In this document: positions 51,991 to 61,691 of the stretch, in pieces
Position numbering within the stretch: the first letter of the stretch is position 1
Layout of the letters: each line of letters starts with the position of its first letter
Assembly (NCBI GenBank): GCA_963713045.1
Contig: CAVQKE010000004.1
Span: forward strand, 1,184,001 to 1,248,000
DNA from: an uncultured delta proteobacterium
GTDB taxonomy: Bacteria > Myxococcota > Myxococcia > Myxococcales > Myxococcaceae
Length of the DNA stretch: 64,000 bases
Direction of reading: 5' to 3'
Program-made: the position numbers and the translations under genes
The notes under the pieces: generated by a model
Told to the model about the DNA's origin: nothing
Databases searched by the model: none
Seen by the model: only the letters and a program-made list of their open reading frames with translations

Positions 51991-52692
51991 GTGATACCTT
52001 TGAGGTTCGATGGCGAAACCCGCCGTATAGATCGGCCTTCTGACATCATTCAACAGATTTGTCGTTCGGAGATTTATAAAGATTACGAACGAGCCTTCAG
52101 CGATTCGACGGAGCTTCCGCTTGCTCTCCGGCCCGTCGAGATCTGGAACCTGACTATGTCTGGGAAGGCGCACGCCAACCCATTCTGCGAGTTAATGTCT
52201 GCGTGTAACCGAACATGCGCCGCCTGCCTTGAGTTCCAAGAAAAGATTGCCGAGTCGGATGGAGCTAAGCCCACGACGGTCACCTGTTTTGCCGGACTCT
52301 CCGATAGCGCTGTCCCCGTACATCTCGGGGAGCGACTCATCGGGTACTTGCAGACCGGTCAGATTGCTTTACGCAAACCAAACATCCAACAGTTTGAGAA
52401 GATCACCAAAAAGCTGATTGAATGGGGCGTTCAAATTGATCTTTCGAAACTCGAAGATGCTTATTTTCATTCGCGGGTTCTCCCGCCTCGTCAATACACG
52501 GCGATGATTAAGCTTCTTGAAATCTTTGCCAAACACGTCTCTATCGTCGCCAACCAAATCATGTTACAAGAGGGGGAAGCTGAGCCGCCGATGGTGCGCC
52601 GTGCTAGAGCTTTCATCGTTGGTCACCAAGCTGATCCCATCGATTTGGACGACGTGGCCAAGGCAATGCATGTCAGCACCTTCTATTTTTGT
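51991..52692 (+). pseudogene. PocR-domain AraC regulator, 5' part
   Basis: NPFC..M...CAAC, CFAGLSDSAVPV, first HTH ending at STFYFC. Confidence 0.85.
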
Positions 52693-52995
52693 TTGAAAGC
52701 GTTTGCAAGTGCTTGTCTAGCCGATCCATCTCGACTTGAACCCTCGCGGTAGTAGATGTCGTTTTCATACTCGAACTTAGTGGATGTAGGAAGCCGCACT
52801 TCCAAGATCTTGGCGAAAGCTGGCAACATCTTGATCCCGGCGCGTTTGCCTCTGGGAGGAAGCAAAAAGAGAGAGCCTTCATGGTTCCACTCGTTGTGGT
52901 GGCTCTGGGGGCTGCTTTTGTCCGACGAGCGATGCGGCGAAGGCGTTTCGGTTTAGCGCCGAGCATCGAACGCACCCATGTCTACGCGACCGTGG

Positions 52996-53184
52996 CTAAC
53001 GCGTAGTTGTTTTCGCGTCTTTGGACCGCCGGAATTTTGTGGGCGACTGACCGGCGATTTGCCTAAAAACCCGATTGAAATTCGTCAAAGACTGGAAACC
53101 GACGTCGTAAGCAATTTCGCTCACCCGCCGATTAGGATTAAGCAATTGGGCCTTTGCCCTCTCGATTCTTACTCGGCCAAGATA
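52996..53184 (-). pseudogene. AraC regulator 3' part, inverted
   Basis: Minus strand reads YLGRVRIERAKAQLLNPNRRVSEIAYDVGFQSLTNFNRVFRQIAGQSPTKFR...*. Confidence 0.85.
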
Positions 53185-53639
53185 TACGAAGAGATTCCCG
53201 TGTGGCCAAGCAACGCATCAATGCCCTTTTCGGACTTGTGGGACTTTTAAGGTGGAAAGGCTCAGCACTAAGCTTGGCGGCTTCTCACGGACTAAGCTAA
53301 GGATTGGGCCCAGCGTGGCCTCATCGCCGACTGGTGAAACCAAGCCCATCGAAATCCTTGTGGAATTGATCTTCCACCTTTTGAGCACGCTCAAATTCCG
53401 CTCGCGCCTTTTCAATATCAGGATTTCTCGCAAATAGTTGTAGCAAAGCAATCGTCTCTTTGTCCGCCACGGTTTCTTGTCTTTCACCGACGACCGCGAA
53501 AACATTGGCCATCGTATCCAACTCCGGCGGTCCACGCTTTGGCGTTGCCAACACCCATCCTCGCTGGCGATCTAAGCTCGACAATTCGGCCATCGGATGG
53601 ATGTCCGGGTCAATGTTTGCATTAACACCGAGGTTCGAA

Positions 53640-53925
53640 ATGGCAAAAGCAACAACGGCACAAGTCAATGCTGACCTCATTAGGCGCACCTACGACGCGT
53701 TTTCCCCTGGGGACATGGAGGGTGCATTCGCGGTTTTTGCTAAAGATATTCTCTGGCATATCCCCGGAAAATAGCGGCGTAACCATCCCTGATCGTCCAG
53801 ACGTGAACCTGCGGCGACGACGAAGTCGCCCTCCGCCAAGATGTGGTCTACCTGAAGCCGAAAGGTGCCGGAGGACAGCTCCATGAAATGCTGAAGAATC
53901 CTTGCACCTCGGCGTGTCCGTCGGG
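53640..53925. pseudogene. SnoaL/NTF2-like protein split by inversion
   Basis: Plus strand NADLIRRTYDAF..GD...DILWHIPG*; minus strand GHAEVQGFF then HFMELSSGTFRLQVDHILAEGDFVV. Confidence 0.7.
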
Positions 53926-53961
53926 GCTGCACCTTTAGGCGATCACCAGGCCGGGTAGGTA

Positions 53962-54435
53962 TCATGATGCCGGACGCTTTGCGAAACGCGGCCAGAATCG
54001 AAATCCCGCGCGTTTGGACGCCACCGGAGATGCCGGCGGGTCGACCGGTGATAATTTGGGTGCTGCCTTGGGGGAGCCAATCGCCTTCTTTACTGCCTCG
54101 CAGATTATTTCCCGCGAGAAGGGTTTCTCGAGGAAATTAGATATATTAAGCTTCTGCGCCCTCAACGCGACGGCGGCGGGGTCATAACCCGAGATAAGAA
54201 TGATCGGAGTTGCACCCCATTTCGACCGAATCCGTTCCGCGACATCGAGTCCAGAACCGTCCGGCAATTTGAAGTCAATCACATAGGCATCAAAGGCTTT
54301 TTCTTCGATAGCTCCGAGCGCATCGGCGACAGATTGGCTTGTCTGGACCTTATACTGCTCATCGGAAAGTATCCGGTGAACGATTCGACACACTGAGATG
54401 TCGTCGTCTACCACTAGAACGTCAGTAATACTCAT
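53962..54435 (-). CDS. Single-domain response regulator
   Basis: VLVVDDD, IDFKLPDGSG, ILISG, FLEKPF. Confidence 0.9.
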   Translation of the reverse strand: MSITDVLVVDDDISVCRIVHRILSDEQYKVQTSQSVADALGAIEEKAFDAYVIDFKLPDGSGLDVAERIRSKWGATPIILISGYDPAAVALRAQKLNISNFLEKPFSREIICEAVKKAIGSPKAAPKLSPVDPPASPVASKRAGFRFWPRFAKRPAS

Positions 54436-54514
54436 TTGGATTTAGGGGTTCTGAGATAGCTCTATGACACTCATCTTCGTGAAGACCAAAAATTTATGAA
54501 GCGATTCAGTGTCC

Positions 54515-57500
54515 GGGGTCGGTGTCATGATGCCGGGCACTACCGGCGAGAACGATTCGGACGAAATCCTCACACAGGATCTATCAGCCGATGTGATCGA
54601 CTAAGGGTTGCCCTTCGGATTGACGTAGATTAGACGGCAGCGGCTCTGGGGTTCGAGAAAAGTTCACCGTGTAATTTCCGAATCGGTTTATGTGTTCGGT
54701 TTGATATGGTGTCAGGGCCGCCATGGCTTGAGCGGAGGCTTTGAGACCATCTGCCTGTAACCGGTCAAACGCTCTGCTGAGCGTGACGATGTTGTGGAAG
54801 ACGAGAAGATTCGCGACCAGATGGTTGTACTTGATGAATTTTCGTTGCTCATCTCGCGTGTTCTCGGCGATTACGCTATCTCCGCCGAATGAAATCCATT
54901 GTACGAACTGATTGAACCGCTCGCTTTTGTTAGTGGCCGCCTGAATCGTGCGGCGCAGTTCGGCATCGGAAAGATAACGCAATAAGAAAATCGTCCTGAC
55001 TACTCGGCCCAGTTCGCGGAACCCGAAATAGAGCTTGTTTTTGCGCGAGCCGCTGTTGAGTCGTCGGAGAATATCGGAAGGCAAGATGTTGCCGGTTCGG
55101 ATCGATACCGCCACTCGCATCATGTCCGGTAAGAGGGTGGCAATCAGATCCCAATCCACCTGCGCCGAAAATAGCTCGTCAATATGCTCATACGAGATGT
55201 CCGGCGTGGGCCGGAACAAGTGTTGATCCTTCCAGTTGCGAATGCGGGGCATGAGTTCTATTCCGAGCAAAAAAGCCAAGCCGAAAATCGCTGTGCTTTG
55301 GCCCTGTGTGTCGGCATGAATCGTGTCCGGCTGAACCTTGGACTTGTTCTCCTGCAAGAAATCCAGGATATAGTGACCTTCCCAAGATCCACACGTCGTA
55401 AAGCGGCTCATTAGAGCGATATAGTTGTCAGAAACCAGGTAGTAGCCGATGCCGCCGTAGCCACCGTAGCGGATGTGGTATTCTGACATCAACGTTTGCG
55501 GATACAGATCCCACTTCATGCCATCGGCAGAAGCAGAATGTCCGAGTCCCCAGGGCCTCTGGAGTGGGAATTTAACGTAAGTGTCAACGACGGTGGCTAT
55601 AGCCTGATTCAGGCTAGCTTCTGTAATATGTCGTTGATTTAGGAAAGCGAGTTTGAATCGATCAAGATCCTTTATTGAGCGAGCCGTTTGCGTTGGGCCC
55701 AAATTACATCCGTAGCAGAACACGGTTAACACATATCGCTCCCGCGGCTGATCTACTTTGGCGTCATGGCCAGAGAGTGGTCCAAAGTGGCGCGTCCAAT
55801 ACAGCCAATGCTCCGTATCAACGAGTGCGTCGACGATATCAACCTGCCCCATTCTCTCTTTGATCCACGTTTCCACAACCTTGAGATCTTCTGGTTCGTG
55901 TTTGGCGCATAAGGGCGACAAAATCGGTTCCCCATTCTCAATGCGAATGGACTCATTCTGCGGGAATCGCTCGTCGGTATTCCGGCTTGTCGATATCAGC
56001 TTTTCTTGAAGCGACTGAACGAACTGTTTTGCTTCTGTGGGGATCCCGGTCTGCTCGCCGTATGCGGAGATCTCTCGCTTGAATTGATCCCAAGGAATCA
56101 GTTGTTGGCGGTAGTCGCGAAACTTGTCTCCTAAAGGCGAACAGAGGTCCCCCGATTTCAACTCGTTTGCCACTTGAGAGATCACGCACAGTTCCAAGTA
56201 GCGGTGGTGCAGTCTTGTCGGGGGAAGAGTCCGATTGTTTGTATCGGCCACAAGCGGCCACCATTGCTCGGTGATCAACGACCAGTCATCGACTCGGGTG
56301 CTGCCTTGTGTGTCGATGCTGATCCAATCTGACCTAATGTTTTGATGCGCCAGAATGAACACAATCGCTTTTTCTAAACTCTGGTCTTGCGAGGTAGAAG
56401 ACAAGGGGATGTGCTCGAGAAGCAACAGCAATGCAGTTCGGGGATGACGAAAGAACCGCGGCAAGAGCTGCAAGTAAATCCCACTCGCCAGGGCCGCATA
56501 CTCTTCACAACGTTCCAAAAGGTTATTGGGATCCTGTCCAAGAAACGCTCCGATAGCGTGGAGCCGCTGTTCAGCGGGCCCTTCTTGTTGATAAGCGATC
56601 GTGATATTGCGTAAAGTGGAGACGAGTTCTGCGGACTGTTGCAGATGGCTTGCCTGTCGAATGTCCATCAGTTCCTTGGCTTTGTAGTGAATCCTCTGGA
56701 CCTGCCGAATCAGCATATCAGCAGCGTCGTCATAAGCCCGTGCCAGTTGGCGAAAGAGTAACGCTGCAGCTAGAGCGAAACGTTTTTCTTCAGTGAGTTC
56801 CTTCATCCGAGCGGCATTGAGAACGCGTGCTTCTGCGGCAAATCGCTGAAGCTTCACGGCCGGAATTCCTGTTAGCGGATTTGTCGAAGCGACCTGTTTT
56901 CGTAACCAGTCCAAATGAACAAGAAAGGCTCGAATCCGCTTGACCGTGGGTTGACCGGGCTCGCTCTTGAGGCGATCCCATGAGCTGCGTCGCTCAGCTG
57001 AATCTCTTTCGAAAAGCGTGGCGATGTTGGCCCGAGCAAGCGCGTCTGTTGCTTGATAGATCTGGCGGTAGTAGCCTCGATTTATCGCAAAGCGAGCGGC
57101 CCGGGCCGCCCGAAATAGAGTGGAAAAGCCCGGCAATTCGTAACGCTGCCGAACCAACTCTTCGATTGCCGTGTTGACAATGTCAGCCAGATCCTCCCGG
57201 ACGCGAGAGCTTGCCAAACAAATCCGAAGCATCAGCTTCCTTGCCGCGTCTGCGAAGGGAGTTACACCCATGTAGGAGCGAACAAGAGCCATGTGGCGAA
57301 ACCGCGCCGTACTGGCATCGTAAGCCGATAAGCCATCCGGAACTTGGTTCCAACCGACTGCCTTCGCAATGTGTAATGCAATCGGAGAAGGAATCTCCGC
57401 GAGGCGGACAAAATAACCAAGCTTCTGGAACGATTTGAGAAGTAGTAGCAGCCCGAGTCGTGGAACGGGCTGCCTCGTGTTCTCTAGGGCGAAGCCAAGC

Positions 57501-57739
57501 TCCGCCAGATTCGGAGTAAATAGTTCCTGAAGTTCACGTCCAGTCGGACTTTCTTTTAGAATGGGATATGCAGTATCGCTCGGACTTAGCACATCGATTT
57601 TGGTAGCGCACCAAAAGGCCTGTCAGCAAGCAGCAGCGAGTTCTTGGCGTACCCATAGGCTCGAGGAAATTACATGCCTCCGTTCCAATCTCCGCACACG
57701 ATGATCCGTGAGGATTTGGTCCGAATCGTTCTCGCCGGT
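54515..57739 (-). mobile_element. Tn3-family element carrying only tnpA
   Basis: GGGG end at 54515; 32-bp inverted repeats (31/32) at 54542-54573 and 57708-57739. Confidence 0.65.
54584..57592 (-). CDS. tnpA: Tn3-family transposase
   Basis: SADGMKW, HADTQGQS, TNKSERFN, LTPYQTEHINRFG; 1002 aa. Confidence 0.93.
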   Translation of the reverse strand: MLSPSDTAYPILKESPTGRELQELFTPNLAELGFALENTRQPVPRLGLLLLLKSFQKLGYFVRLAEIPSPIALHIAKAVGWNQVPDGLSAYDASTARFRHMALVRSYMGVTPFADAARKLMLRICLASSRVREDLADIVNTAIEELVRQRYELPGFSTLFRAARAARFAINRGYYRQIYQATDALARANIATLFERDSAERRSSWDRLKSEPGQPTVKRIRAFLVHLDWLRKQVASTNPLTGIPAVKLQRFAAEARVLNAARMKELTEEKRFALAAALLFRQLARAYDDAADMLIRQVQRIHYKAKELMDIRQASHLQQSAELVSTLRNITIAYQQEGPAEQRLHAIGAFLGQDPNNLLERCEEYAALASGIYLQLLPRFFRHPRTALLLLLEHIPLSSTSQDQSLEKAIVFILAHQNIRSDWISIDTQGSTRVDDWSLITEQWWPLVADTNNRTLPPTRLHHRYLELCVISQVANELKSGDLCSPLGDKFRDYRQQLIPWDQFKREISAYGEQTGIPTEAKQFVQSLQEKLISTSRNTDERFPQNESIRIENGEPILSPLCAKHEPEDLKVVETWIKERMGQVDIVDALVDTEHWLYWTRHFGPLSGHDAKVDQPRERYVLTVFCYGCNLGPTQTARSIKDLDRFKLAFLNQRHITEASLNQAIATVVDTYVKFPLQRPWGLGHSASADGMKWDLYPQTLMSEYHIRYGGYGGIGYYLVSDNYIALMSRFTTCGSWEGHYILDFLQENKSKVQPDTIHADTQGQSTAIFGLAFLLGIELMPRIRNWKDQHLFRPTPDISYEHIDELFSAQVDWDLIATLLPDMMRVAVSIRTGNILPSDILRRLNSGSRKNKLYFGFRELGRVVRTIFLLRYLSDAELRRTIQAATNKSERFNQFVQWISFGGDSVIAENTRDEQRKFIKYNHLVANLLVFHNIVTLSRAFDRLQADGLKASAQAMAALTPYQTEHINRFGNYTVNFSRTPEPLPSNLRQSEGQPLVDHIG

Positions 57740-57768
57740 CTAAACGGTCCTGACCGATTAATTACCCG

Positions 57769-57796
57769 GTTCGAAAAAACGATCGTTTTTTCGAAC
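57769..57796. repeat. Perfect 28-bp palindrome
   Basis: GTTCGAAAAAACGATCGTTTTTTCGAAC; related TTCGAAA half-sites near 57841-57860. Confidence 0.85.
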
Positions 57797-58052
57797 TCTC
57801 GGCAGGCCTTGTTTTTCGCTCTACGACCGCCTTGTGACGGTTCGAAATACTCGTTTCGAAAAACAAAGTTCAATTTATTCCAGCAAGATGAGTAAACCGA
57901 ACTCCATCGAGAGCCACCCCGAACGAAAAGTGGCTATTCGCATTAATGTGGTCCAGAGCGGATGTTTTCGGGCTGTTGAACGAAGCCGCTACGCGGAGTC
58001 TCTGAGCGACGAACGCGAGCAGTGAAGTCGTGGTCGGCATAATAGCCGGCCT

Positions 58053-58931
58053 ATGACACCACTACGAGCCAAATACATCCGGGACCTGACCGTTCGTGGT
58101 CGGGCGCAACGCACTCAGCGAGCCTATACCAGATACGTCTCTGAACTCGCACACTACTATCAGCGCTCGCCAGAGCTGATCTCTTACGAGGAGGTTACCA
58201 ACTGGCTTTACCATTTGATCAAGGAGCGCCAGCTGTCGGCTTCCAGCGTTAACGTCGCCGTCAATGCTGTGCGCTTTCTCTACGGCATTACCCTTGGGCG
58301 TAACACCGAAGCGTTGACGAGGTCGGTCCCGCACATGAAGCACCCTATCGAGCGCCCGGAAGTCTACGCGCGCAGCGAGTTGGAAGCGATTTTAAGCGCG
58401 CCGAGCCAGCCGCGCGATCGGGCGTTCTTGATGACGGTCTATGCTTGCGGGCTACGCGTCTCGGAAGCAAGGGATCTGAAAACCAGCGACATTGATCGAG
58501 CTCGCATGCAGTTACGAGTACGCAATGGCAAGGGTGCGAAGGGGCGCGTCCTGCCCTTGAGTAAGCGTCTGCTCAAGGAGTTGGTGGACTACTGGCGAGC
58601 ACAGCGTCAAGCTAAAGCGGGCCATGACAGTCCGTGGCTCTTCCTGGGCCAAAGAGCGGGGGGTGAGCCGATAAGTATCGGCAGTGCGCAGATGATCTAT
58701 AACCGTGCTGTCGAAAAGAGCGGCGTGCGGCGCAAGGGCGGCATTCATGTATTAAGACACAGTTTTGCCACACACCTTGTCGAAAGCGGCGTGGAACTAC
58801 CGGCGGTGCAGCGGTTGATGGGCCATGCGAGGCTAAAGACTACGGCGATTTACCTGCATGTGACTGAGTGCAGGCTCGCGGAGGTGCGTTCGCCTCTGGA
58901 TCTCATCGATACGAGTCACCTCGAGCGCTAG
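58053..58931 (+). CDS. Tyrosine recombinase associated with IS91-like transposase
   Basis: YACGLRVSE, GKGAK, HVLRHSFATH, MGHA....T.IYLH. Confidence 0.93.
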   Translation: MTPLRAKYIRDLTVRGRAQRTQRAYTRYVSELAHYYQRSPELISYEEVTNWLYHLIKERQLSASSVNVAVNAVRFLYGITLGRNTEALTRSVPHMKHPIERPEVYARSELEAILSAPSQPRDRAFLMTVYACGLRVSEARDLKTSDIDRARMQLRVRNGKGAKGRVLPLSKRLLKELVDYWRAQRQAKAGHDSPWLFLGQRAGGEPISIGSAQMIYNRAVEKSGVRRKGGIHVLRHSFATHLVESGVELPAVQRLMGHARLKTTAIYLHVTECRLAEVRSPLDLIDTSHLER

Positions 58932-58979
58932 GTCGGAGAGAACCTGTCACTTTGGCCAATCCGTCCCCTGCGGACTGAT

Positions 58980-60197
58980 ATGGACGCGCTCTGTCCCTTG
59001 GTGGAGAGCAGCACGGATAGCGCCCACGACCGCTTAACGTTGGGTGCCATCCTGCGCGCTTTCCTACCCGCTTTGCTGCATCTGCTCAAGCTCAGCAAGC
59101 ACAAGCTGCGGGTCCTTTTGCGCCTTGCCGCCTGTGGTACACCGGCACTGGGCGCCAATCTTTTCGCTTGTCCCCACTGCCCGCATCGACACTGGGCCCC
59201 GCGCTCCTGCGGTGACCGGCATTGTCCGCGCTGCCTGGCCGCCAAAAGCCGGCAATGGCTAGAAAAGCAGACACGGAGCCTCTTACCGATCACTTACTAC
59301 CATTGCGTCTTCACTCTACCAGCAGAACTTAATTCCTTGGTGCTAGCCAACCAGCGCAGACTTTACCCGGTGCTCTTTGAGTGCGCCGCACAGAGCCTGT
59401 TGAAGTTTGGGCGCAACCGACTCCACGGCGATCTCGGAATCACCGCTGTGCTGCACACCTGGGGACAAAAACTCGACTTCCATCCGCACCTTCACTGCAT
59501 TGTCACTGGCGGAGCATTAAGTCCAGATGGCAAACAATGGCGCTCGCCCAAACAGCGAAAGTTCCTCTTTCCCGTGCGAGCGGTCGCCGCGCTATTCCGA
59601 GGTAAGTTCCTGGCTGGGCTACGCCAGATGCTCTCTGCGGGAGAGTTGCACCTGCCCGATTCCGGACTCGAGATGCCTGCGACCCGCGCTCGCTGGTTGT
59701 CGCTCCTGTACAGAAAGCGCTGGGTCCTTTATGCCAAATGTCCCTTTGGCGGACCACAGCAGGTTTTAAGCTACCTGGCTAACTACACACACCGCGTCGC
59801 GCTGAGCAACCGCCGCATTGTCGCTGTCGATGCGCTGCACCAGACCGTCACCTTCACCTATCGCGACTACCGGCACGGCTCACAGCTCAAGGAGTTAACC
59901 CTCTGCGCGCTCGAGTTCATCCGGCGCTTCAGCTTGCATATCCTGCCTCCGGGACTAGTGCGTATCCGGCACTATGGAATTCTGGGCAACAATCGCAGAA
60001 AACGTGCTATAGAAGCAGCCCGCGCGATCTTCGAGCGCCGCGGGCGCGCCGTGGAGCTTCAGCCGCAGAGCGTTGCGGACAAATCGACATGTTGTCCGTT
60101 GTGCGGAAAAGCCGGAATTCGTCTGGTGGCTTTTACCGATGCCGCCGGCGTTCTGCACATGATCGGAGCCGGACCAACGCCATGCGATTCCTCATGA
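58980..60197 (+). CDS. IS91-family (Y2 HUH) transposase
   Basis: SCGDRHCPRC zinc-binding domain, HPHLHCIV HUH motif, YLANYTHR. Confidence 0.93.
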   Translation: MDALCPLVESSTDSAHDRLTLGAILRAFLPALLHLLKLSKHKLRVLLRLAACGTPALGANLFACPHCPHRHWAPRSCGDRHCPRCLAAKSRQWLEKQTRSLLPITYYHCVFTLPAELNSLVLANQRRLYPVLFECAAQSLLKFGRNRLHGDLGITAVLHTWGQKLDFHPHLHCIVTGGALSPDGKQWRSPKQRKFLFPVRAVAALFRGKFLAGLRQMLSAGELHLPDSGLEMPATRARWLSLLYRKRWVLYAKCPFGGPQQVLSYLANYTHRVALSNRRIVAVDALHQTVTFTYRDYRHGSQLKELTLCALEFIRRFSLHILPPGLVRIRHYGILGNNRRKRAIEAARAIFERRGRAVELQPQSVADKSTCCPLCGKAGIRLVAFTDAAGVLHMIGAGPTPCDSS

Positions 60198-60526
60198 ACA
60201 CTCTTCTGGCGCTCATCAGCACCGCAGTCGATTCATGCGTTCTGGCAAAACTCTCTCTGGATGCGCTCGGGCGTGCTGCTGTCTTCGTGTCCTCTGCGAA
60301 GCCTGGCTCCCGCCATCCGGGGTTACTGGCGCGGCAAAATTACAGCTCTCGGTCTTTTGGCACCAGTTCAATCAGCGTCTCAAAGCTCCTGCTACGGCAA
60401 TATACGCATCCGAATCCCTTTCTGCCGTCGTCTGCACCCCATCGCTCACGGTACTTTTCCCATACGTTGAGCAACGTCAGGGGTAGGCTTCGTCCAACAG
60501 TCGAGTAAGTCTCCGCAATCATCCTC

Positions 60527-61114
60527 AATCTGTAATCACACTCTTGCTCGCGGAGACCTACTCGACTCCAGGTTCTCAAATAATGTGGTTTCATTCTCAC
60601 GTAATGTGGTCCTGAGCGGCCCGTTATTCTCAACTAATCTGGTCCGGAAAACAGCGATGTTTTCGGGCCAGAGCGATTTATGTTCTCAGGCCGCTACACC
60701 TACACTTCTACTCAGACGCTGATCGAGGTCTTAGATGAGGCGGTGATAAAGCCGGCTCTGAGCAAACGCTACGAGTTGGAGCAGGAGAAAATGCAAACAA
60801 TACCAATGCGCCATGTCGATGACTATCGCAAAATCGTCGCGCTCTGAGCCGAAAAAAGGGCTTGGGATGCCATATCGGAGAGCGCCAAAAAGTCGGGGGT
60901 CGGGCGATCCGAGTAGTCTGGAGAGACGGTTAAACACCCTCCTTCAAACGCTTGATTCTGCGAGCGGTTCTGCGCCAAGTGAGCCCGATGGTCATCCGCC
61001 TAGTCTCGGTCTCCGATCAGATGCCGCTCCACGAATTTCACGACGTGTTCCGCACGATGCTCGAGAACCTGGAGTCGAGTAGGTCTGCGCGAGCAAGAGT
61101 GGTGATTACAGATT
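60527..61114. repeat. About 51-bp inverted repeat pair
   Basis: 60527-60577 vs the reverse complement of 61063-61114 (one substitution, one indel). Confidence 0.8.
60877..61060 (+). mobile_element. ISKra4 left-end fragment (same element as copies 1 and 2)
   Basis: GGAGAGCGCCAAAAAGTCGGGG plus a decayed start of the pRiA4b ORF-3 gene (ATG changed to ACG, 1-bp deletion). Confidence 0.88.
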
Positions 61115-61292
61115 AGTTTCGAGCTGCTTCGCCGCCGGTTTCCGGTTGGCTTTCGCCGCGAGCAGAGTGGTCTTCGTAAATGTCAGAATTAGCCCTACTA
61201 TTTCCAGCGATGCTGGATCTACTTTATGCTCCCGAGGATTATCGCAACGATCCTTTACGAGCGGCGTTTGAGGCAGTAAACCTTAAGAAGTT

Positions 61293-61667
61293 ATGCAAAA
61301 GATTATCGCTTTCCTCATTGCCGCGCTGGCGATAGTCGGCGCGGCCTACGCGGATAGCGCCACCGACGCAAGGCTTAAGGCCGCGATCGTCGGAAAATGG
61401 TTTAGCGCCCGGCACGAGTACGCTTATACGGCGACCGGTTTTGTTTATATGGGTTCGCCGAAGGATTGGCAACCGGGATATTTTCGCGATACCTGGGATG
61501 TTCGTGACGGAATCTACTACGAGAATGGCGAACCACAGAGAAAAATCTCTCTTAGCCGGAAGAAATGGTTTTTAGATGGTAACCTGTTTCTTGCCCGATA
61601 TTTCTTGGAGGAATGGGCACGCGCTTGGAACGAGAAGATCAAACGCGCCGAGCGCGGCGGTAATTGA
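61293..61667 (+). CDS. Hypothetical secreted protein
   Basis: Signal-peptide-like N-terminus MQKIIAFLIAALAIVGAAYA. Confidence 0.6.
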   Translation: MQKIIAFLIAALAIVGAAYADSATDARLKAAIVGKWFSARHEYAYTATGFVYMGSPKDWQPGYFRDTWDVRDGIYYENGEPQRKISLSRKKWFLDGNLFLARYFLEEWARAWNEKIKRAERGGN

Positions 61668-61691
61668 AAAAGAAAGTTCTTTTCTCTGGTA

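Noticed and set aside
53321..53689. 122-aa ORF with a signal-like N-terminus
   Set aside because: Its start is antisense to the SnoaL fragment in a rearranged area; no family recognised.
53962..54540. TCATGATGCCGG shared by the response-regulator stop region and the Tn3 end
   Set aside because: A 12-bp direct match with no structural context; likely chance.
10388..60877. CATATC next to the right end of ISKra4 copy 2 and the left end of fragment 3, suggesting a TSD around a 50-kb cointegrate
   Set aside because: The match is imperfect (TCATATC vs CCATATC), and joining the flanks does not continue the interrupted hydrolase reading frame.
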